From contig OZ076418.1 in the NCBI GenBank assembly GCA_964187785.1, positions 38,874,001 through 38,938,000 on the forward strand: a stretch of 64,000 nucleotides of DNA. The letters are read 5' to 3'. Both the position numbers and the translations under genes were made by a program. The stretch is from Amphiscolops sp. MND2022 (lineage: Eukaryota). The notes beneath the pieces were generated by a model. That model saw only the letters and a program-made list of their open reading frames with translations. It was not told the DNA's origin and did not search any database. Positions 59,501 to 64,000 of the stretch are shown in pieces (positions within the stretch are counted from its first letter, which is position 1; each line of letters begins with the position of its first letter).

Positions 59501-61760
59501 GAACTCAGCTTTGAATCTGGAGATCTCTCAAGTTAAACACAGATTGGAAGTCAGCCAAAACAAGATTGAGAAGCTCGAGGCCAAACTCATTCACGTCGTT
59601 AGTACTACTTTTCACATCTCTTCGCATCTATCAACATCAGAGTCGCATTGTCGGAAATACTTTTTTGTCAGCGCTTTTTTCAAAAATATGCCCGATTGTT
59701 AGTGACAATTTTTTTATTAGATGAAAATTTCCACTCTGAATTGACATCTTACAAAAAACTTGGGACACTCTGGCCTTATTGTCATCTTACAAAAGGCGTC
59801 GACTAAAATTTAAGAAATCATGGAGTTACTGATGGTAAATCCATTATATTTCCAGCCATTTCTATCTAAATATTACTGTAAATATCTTAATGATTGATAG
59901 TTCTTGTGTATCACTTGCCTCGATCCATTTTTCGCAAATTATGATACAAATAAGTGTCCTTTTGAAATCAAACAAATTGTTGTTAAATGAACAAATTAAA
60001 ATGAAATTTAAGATGGTAATAATATGAATGTACATGGAAACGAATAAAGACCCGCATTCAACACGTCGGTTAAAGTCGAACAATGTTTCAGAATGCGATG
60101 CGGAATTTTCCAATCTCTTGAAAGTGTAAAATTTCAGCTTTTCTTGATTATAAAACCAAGACAAACTTTTATTTCATCTAGGAACTTTTTTCAAATACTT
60201 TCTGCGAACTATCCCATTTTTGGAACCAGTGATTTAGCGATGTCATCACCCTGGGTTGAACGATTTCGGAGTAATTTCGCCATCCTCATTCAGGGCCATT
60301 TTAACAAAGGTGGTGATTTAAACGTTTTTTTTTGTTCAAAGAAATGCAAAATAACTGCAGGCTCGCAAAATCAAAACATAAAACACCGTCAAAATTTTGT
60401 TTCAGTGAATATAAACAATTTGCATCAACTTCATCTCAATTTCACCAATTCTCGTCCTTCTGTCGGGGCATTTCAATTCAAATCTGAAAGAAAGAAAAAC
60501 ACTTGTTACACAGTAATCACTAAAATATTACTAATAGTAGAAGATATAAGGTTGATATCATAAAACTGTACTAAAAAAAAAACATTTTAAAACCTGTTTT
60601 TTATCCCTTGTTCAAAACAATGCCAATCTTGATTTTAACATGATTATGGCCAGACCATTCCTGCCGTAACTTTGTAATGTGGCAACTTTTTGCGTTCCAT
60701 AAGTGTTAAGCTCTGTTCTAGAACTGATGTTGGATAAAACAATCCGTTGACAACACTGTATTGTGTATAGGCCATATGGTGAATGGTCGATTGATCTTTT
60801 TAACTTGATGATAGTTTTTTTGTAAATATGTATCAATAAATGTCAACAAACCTGCTCATTTTAATTATTTTCAAGGTTAAGTCCGAGAGTTTAGCTCACT
60901 CTCTCACATTAAGTTCCTCAAATTGTTAATTTTTGTGGTTTTTCAGAAAGAGCAGAAAGTGAAGTTGGCAGACTTGCTGGTGTCCAGTCAAGAAGATGCC
61001 CAGAACATGCAGCTAGAGTACGAGGCTCAGCTGGACGAGTTGTATCAGAGACTGGAGGAACAGCTGGAAGAGGAGGAGGATGATCAGGAAGAAGTTACCC
61101 CCTCGAGGAATGGGGCACCTCAGGATAGCATGCTGCAGTCGTACAGGTGAGAAGAGTAGATAGATACCTGAGAACGATTCTAGTCGGCGGCGCCCTGGTG
61201 AAAGCTCAAAAGTTTATTCAAGTGTGCTCTGGTTTTGTTCTCGAGATTATTGTGGAAAAAAACGAAAAATGGACTTTTTGTGATTCATTTTACATGTTGT
61301 TGCACTCGCGTTTTTCTGAATCTCATTTCGTGTGTTTTTTCACAACTTCCTGTGAACATTTAAAAATAAAACATGGGACCAGTTAAAGATATAGCTGGTT
61401 ATAGACAGAATTATTAGTTTTCTCTGTATTTGCTTTCAAGGTTGTGAAAATGCATCGTTTATAATTCACTTATTCAGCGTAATTCAGTGTAATAGCTCAA
61501 ATGAGTTTATATGTTTTTTATTTCGATGACAAATTCTACAGAAAAAAGGCCGCTTGTTTGAGACGCTCTTTGTTTTCAGACCCGAAGAAGACGAAGAGCA
61601 TGGTAGCCAGGTGAACGAGGCATCTGATTGGTCCAGCTACTCAGCCAATGAGAAGAGGAAGAGCAAAGTTAAAAGAAGGCAATCTTCCCTTCAATCCTCT
61701 TCTACTCTATCAAACCGAAGACGTGCCACGGGATCCACTCTGAGAGAAGAACCTATGTGA
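20425..61760 (+). CDS. Spliced host gene for an unidentified coiled-coil protein (about 514 aa, or 584 aa if the duplicated exon pair is used)
   Basis: Manually joined exons 20425-20584, 20745-20812, 22081-22236, 22668-22826, 31325-31440, 32628-32721, (42026-42141, 43329-43422), 45027-45158, 55225-55349, 59444-59597, 60947-61146, 61580-61760. All are GT-AG, phases match throughout, and the product is heptad-rich in E/K/Q/L. An upstream non-coding exon or a further 3' exon cannot be excluded. Confidence 0.85.
20745..20812 (+). CDS. Host gene exon (KPVKSNIAVQAIPRDIRHAAVE)
   Basis: TTTCAG acceptor, GTTAAT donor; phase 1 to 0 links the flanking exons. Confidence 0.7.
22081..22236 (+). CDS. Host gene exon (IDTARGGGGGGAGRQNYLKAMIADLQND...KEKLIQ)
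   Basis: CTCTAG acceptor, GTTAGT donor, 156 nt open. Confidence 0.8.
22668..22826 (+). CDS. Host gene exon (SERRVSELEYVELRVVELEND...RMLKE)
   Basis: TTTTTAG acceptor, GTATGT donor, 159 nt open. Confidence 0.85.
22875..23016 (-). mobile_element. tRNA-derived SINE, family A, with (ACT)n tail
   Basis: Minus strand has A-box-like TGGCATAATGG and B-box GGATCGAATCC, then a body shared with 30753-30888 and an ACTACTACTA tail. Confidence 0.8.
23660..27450 (+). pseudogene. polB: Polinton/Maverick-like protein-primed DNA polymerase B with N-terminal zinc finger, inserted endonuclease VII-like module and acidic C-tail; fragmented
   Basis: C2H2 (CVFC..F....FYKHLEEKH), INVF/DLLL/HYILI, Exo I YFDLDS, CWIC..DHC..AHPECNL, Exo II HNLSNYDLH, YLNTD, decayed motif A VLYANILYG, motif B KLMNNSCYGK, motif C YSDTDS, KFKDE, LKPKMYS and FDDKRY..TLPLGHY. 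Confidence 0.92.
27641..28643. repeat. Tandem array of about 12 units of 81-83 bp with a central 165-bp higher-order dimer (copies 35406-35941, truncated, and 38342-39344)
   Basis: Unit starts at about 27641, 27724, 27807, 27888, 27970, 28053, 28135, 28218, 28300, 28382, 28464 and 28547. Consensus GTAAAATGGAAAAAGCTAGGCTATAAAAGCAAAATACTAGGCTTACATGCCGCCCCNCAGGCCTTATTGCGGCCCCATAGCA. Confidence 0.97.
28953..29418 (-). pseudogene. Highly divergent ribosomal protein uS5 (S5/S2)-like gene
   Basis: ELLKCIP..RISTEKDGKTQQRFRFLACVMLADGKGSIGIGEK..EGKCQDVKVVIRAAKKDEG..GSPLVRKIFELMDL..GSDNTLSCIRAINKALSK aligns by eye to both uS5 domains. Open from 29333 to 28953; one TAA and one frameshift upstream. Confidence 0.75.
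29948..30139. repeat. Tandem duplication of about 95-99 bp (also at +10701)
   Basis: GACAAAGTCGATAGACT...GAAATGCAACAGATTTATCTGCT occurs twice in tandem. Confidence 0.9.
30753..30888 (+). mobile_element. tRNA-derived SINE, family A (duplicate at 41454-41589)
   Basis: TGGTCAAGTGG A-box, GGTTCGAATCC B-box, body TTTATAAACTAAACCCC..AAGTTCGACCAGAATACATAAAAAC shared with the 22.9-kb copy. Confidence 0.8.
31325..31440 (+). CDS. Host gene exon A (ADQRVEEAKESQ...NQSSL); duplicate at 42026-42141
   Basis: TTCAG acceptor, GTTAGT donor, phase 0 to 2. Confidence 0.8.
31790..32404 (+). mobile_element. Non-autonomous repeat family (Helentron-associated/DINE-like), also at 42491-43105
   Basis: Left motif TTAGTCGGCGC, internal TTTTCGGCACT..GAGACT/AAAGGGTCCCC units, GC palindrome at 32240-32280, right end GGCGCCGACTT..TTCCCGGCTTGTT; motifs recur at 55650-59100. 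Confidence 0.6.
32628..32721 (+). CDS. Host gene exon B (ERGEQLRDMQQSLLESKKERRRLQKLVDHYK); duplicate at 43329-43422
   Basis: AACAG acceptor gives the required phase 2 start; GTTAGT donor. An alternative TTCCAG acceptor at 32596 does not match phase. Confidence 0.75.
33102..35215 (+). pseudogene. polB: Second copy of the pPolB C-terminal half
   Basis: ORFs 33391-34446 and neighbours translate identically to 25626-26681 (offset 7765). Confidence 0.92.
36038..38151 (+). pseudogene. polB: Third copy of the pPolB C-terminal half
   Basis: ORF 36327-37382 is identical (offset 10701). Confidence 0.92.
39654..40119 (-). pseudogene. Duplicate of the uS5-like gene
   Basis: ORF 39654-39986 is identical to 28953-29285 (offset 10701). 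Confidence 0.75.
43650..43960 (+). mobile_element. LINE 3' fragment; its 5' part also forms the right end of each triplicated unit
   Basis: FMRKSFFIRILPLWNSLPSCLV..SSEAIKSKYK is a typical ORF2 C-terminus (FF.R...WNSLP). Confidence 0.75.
45027..45158 (+). CDS. Host gene exon (DSCPSCEEHRKTIK...KLNFQ)
   Basis: TTCTAG acceptor, GTACAA donor, 132 nt open. Confidence 0.85.
45211..45481. mobile_element. Tc1/mariner-like MITE
   Basis: TA-flanked, starts CAGTTGAATCCGCCTAAT and ends ..TCAGACTG; 5' end shared with 46344. Confidence 0.5.
46344..46507. mobile_element. Tc1/mariner-like MITE
   Basis: TA-flanked, with imperfect TIRs sharing TAATTCGTATC / GATACGAATTA. Confidence 0.55.
47531..52069 (+). mobile_element. 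Ty1/copia LTR retrotransposon (GalEa-like), full length and very young
   Basis: LTRs 47531-47636 and 51964-52069 (106 bp, TGTTGA..TCAACA, no differences seen), TSD GTAAT, PBS TGGTAGCAG(G)AGG resembling the tRNA-iMet 3' end, PPT AAGGAGGGGGTAGA. Confidence 0.97.
47650..51950 (+). CDS. Copia gag-pol polyprotein with one frameshift near 49680
   Basis: Gag knuckle CNICDSTFHFERNC, protease LDTAC, HKQFGH..CDVC, integrase DL..D-NGGEF..AERGN, RT KARLVARGF, YGL and HVDD, RNase H FSDAS..LAAE..QLADVFTK. The second frame is open from before 49650 to 51950. Confidence 0.93.
54018..54483. mobile_element. hAT-type MITE
   Basis: TIRs CAGTGTTGG/CCAACACTG, 8-bp TSD GGTGTTTT (54010-54017 and 54484-54491), subterminal GATTTAAATC repeats. 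Confidence 0.92.
54565..55180. repeat. Tandem duplication with 321-bp period
   Basis: 54565-54859 is repeated at 54886-55180, with short GGTTTCTG repeats at the junction. Confidence 0.92.
55225..55349 (+). CDS. Host gene exon (TELKVSEMEKIRSLHE...WDAKAA)
   Basis: TTGCAG acceptor, GTGAGG donor, phase 0 to 2. Confidence 0.85.
55571..55650 (+). mobile_element. tRNA-derived SINE head, family B
   Basis: GTGGTCTAGTGG A-box and GTTCGAACCC B-box, without proper acceptor-stem pairing. Confidence 0.65.
55650..56600 (+). mobile_element. Degenerate copy of the DINE-like repeat family
   Basis: Several TTTTCGGCACTATG / AGGGTCCCTTTT units; ends TTCCCGGCTTG. Confidence 0.55.
57175..58245. mobile_element. 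Two inverted, tail-to-tail copies of the DINE-like repeat family (57175-57683 plus, 57775-58245 minus)
   Basis: GCGCCGACTTGAG..CTTGTT end at 57650-57683 and its reverse complement AACAAG..AAGTCGGCGCC at 57775-57800; the left motif appears at both outer ends. Confidence 0.65.
58901..58970 (-). mobile_element. tRNA-derived SINE head, family B-like
   Basis: Minus strand has TGACCCATTGGTT and GGGTTCAAATCCC boxes followed by ATGGGTAT as in 55571-55650. Confidence 0.55.
59444..59597 (+). CDS. Host gene exon (ERVGEMRKMERLVNTLQKEN...KLIHV)
   Basis: TATCAG acceptor, GTTAGT donor, phase 2 to 0. Confidence 0.85.
60947..61146 (+). CDS. Host gene exon (KEQKVKLADLL...EEEEDDQEE...LQSYR)
   Basis: TTTCAG acceptor, GTGAGA donor, phase 0 to 2. 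Confidence 0.85.
61580..61760 (+). CDS. Host gene, probable last coding exon (PEEDEEHGSQ...LREEPM*)
   Basis: TTTCAG acceptor, phase 2 start, TGA at 61758-61760. Confidence 0.7.
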
Positions 61761-61919
61761 AAATCATCAAATCATAGTTCCCAAAAAAACGAGAGGACAT
61801 CTAAGATAGATTCAGATGCTTGAATTTTATTAGAAAAATGTAATTTTAGATATTTAGTCTAGTTTTGTTTTATCGAACAAGCCGAGTATGATCGTTGATC
61901 GAGTACATTCTGAAAAAGA

Positions 61920-62570
61920 TTCAGATATTTTGTTCGGCAGTGAGTATAAGCGTGAGATTTAAAATTCTCAAGCTGCCGACTATATTTGAATTCTCGTGCG
62001 ATGAAGCGAGCGAATGTTAATTATGAATTTGTACGCCGAATTCATCAAGATGAATCGAATGTGTGTTAAGTATTCGTTCGCGGATAGCTTCGCCTGCATT
62101 CAAATACCAATGCGAAACTTTGTATACAGTCCTGTAATGGAAGAATGGAACCCCTAATTGGTAATAATGTTTGGAACACCTATTTTTTCTGCCCGTATCT
62201 CAAACTATTGCTATTCAAGAGAAATGCCTCTGATAAAAATTTCGAAAATCAATCTAGTTTATATTCGTGTTTGTTTGAAGCTTCTCTATGACAAATATTG
62301 GGAAAATTAGCTCTCAATATCTCTATGTAATATTTGGTTTGCAAGCCAAGTTTTTATTTTTTTGTCTATTTTTTAATATTTCTGCGATAGCAGGAATAAT
62401 ATTGAAATCTCAGATGTCTACTTTTTCTCCGTAAAATTTTTGTCGTGATATTGAATAATTCAGATATTTTGCTCGGCAGTGAGTATAAGCGTGAGATATA
62501 AATTTCTGAAGCTACCGACAACAATTCGTTTCTCGTGCGATGGAACGAGCGAGTGATAATTATGCATTTT
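61920..62570. repeat. Pair of ~110-bp diverged direct repeats (61920-62031 and 62459-62570)
   Basis: Shared TTCAGATATTTTG.TCGGCAGTGAGTATAAGCGTGAGAT...TCTCGTGCGATG..CGAGCGA. Confidence 0.85.
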
Positions 62571-64000
62571 GCGCTAAGTAATGATTAAACAGGAGTGTAT
62601 TGGTATTCCAGATATGATTCTACTATAAATGAAAGATTAAAGCAGAAATAATTGTGTGCCCCAGAGGGGTTTATTTTCAAATAACTTAAGTTTTTGTTTA
62701 TCAACCGGTTTATCACTGTTGAGCTGTTAAAAGTTTTAGTAGTTGTTTCTTTTATACGAGTTAGAACTGACATAAGAAGTCTAAGATTTTAACAGCAGAG
62801 TCGTCTTATCTTTTATCTGATACTGGGTAGCTAGCTAGTTCAGAGTACAATCTATTTCTGAGATCTCAGTTCTTGAAGTGCTGGAAGAAGACTGATTGCT
62901 AGGAAGAATTCTCAATTTCTCCAAGTAGATATATTCTATTAACTAGGGTAGGTTTCATCAATTACAATGTGACATCAACAGGATGAATTGGGGAAGCTTG
63001 GTACAGGATATATTAAAAGAAGTTTCTTCTAGAATAATTGGTTTCTAGATTCAATTAGATTTACTAATTTCTTTTGTTAAGAGTTCAGAGTATTTCAGAT
63101 TTATAAAATCTTTGAGGACATGCATCATGGCATCACAATCAACCGGGAATTTAAAAATAAAAATTACATATATGCACTTTTGAGTTTGAGGAGTTCTAGA
63201 AGTTTTTGTTATGTGCATGGGTTTGTTTCATATATGTTGTATTACAGTTGCATGAGTTTTGTTTTGTAGAGTACCATACTTAAGGAGTGAGAACAACCTA
63301 AGACGATTTGACTTCTTACGTCATAGACGATTCAATTGGTGCAAAAAGGTTCAAACAGGTTCAAGTTCTTTCAGTTTCTTTGACCGACAAGTTCTTTGAA
63401 GTTATTGTTGACAACTATTTATTCTTTCATGTTTCTTTTTCGTACGTATCAGCCATCGGCTTGTTGAAAAAGTTTGTTTCATCAACATGAGTTAGTCAGC
63501 ATTGAAAACTTTTCAAGTTGAGGAATTAAAGCGTGAAGTTGTCAATGAATTGTGAACCAACATTGGCGGGTATGTGAACCAAAAGTGAAGAAGTTTTGAA
63601 AAGTCAAGGTTGGAGTGAGAGTTCATTTTCAACAAAGGTGAAGAGTAGAGCAGAAGCAAGAGTTGAAAAAAACTTTGGCTATTTCAAGTTTCAAACATTT
63701 GAAAACTAGAAGTGACATATTTTACAAGTGACAATTTTTAAGAGTTCGAAAGAAAATTTTGGAAAATTTTTTGGGAATGCTTTTGAGGGTTAAAGGAAAG
63801 TTGTAGAACATGTTTTGTAAAAGAAAAATTTTTGTCCAAAAATCTTAGAAAATTTCTTGTGCTGTAAGTAGGACTTGTGTTCTGTAAAAAGACGGGGATT
63901 AAAATGTATTTTGAAGTGGATAATTATGTAAGATAATGTTAAAGTTCTATACACAATACAATGGAAGTAGATAATATTGTGGTTACAAGAATAATTATGG

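Noticed and set aside
63300-63560. Mitochondrial insertion (TGA read as Trp)
   Set aside because: The frame also contains TAG/TAA stops and resembles no mitochondrial protein.

Overview
AT-rich, transposon-dense eukaryotic genomic DNA, probably from an invertebrate animal (taxon is inference only). No rRNA, intact tRNA or CRISPR array is supported. The first 20 kb is a patchwork of decayed mobile elements: an endonuclease-carrying Helitron (Helentron type) on the minus strand and several LINE fragments. From 20425 to 61760 I reconstruct a spliced plus-strand host gene for an unidentified coiled-coil protein, with phase-consistent GT-AG exons. Its introns hold (i) a decayed Polinton/Maverick-like protein-primed DNA polymerase B element followed by an 82/83-bp tandem array and a highly divergent ribosomal protein uS5-like pseudogene, (ii) a near-identical tandem triplication of a 7765-bp unit (full, internally deleted, full) that duplicates two host exons in frame, (iii) a very young Ty1/copia element with 106-bp identical LTRs nested in a probable solo LTR, and (iv) SINEs, MITEs and a Helentron-associated-like repeat family. 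The best novelty candidate is the uS5-fold gene next to the viral-type polymerase and array.
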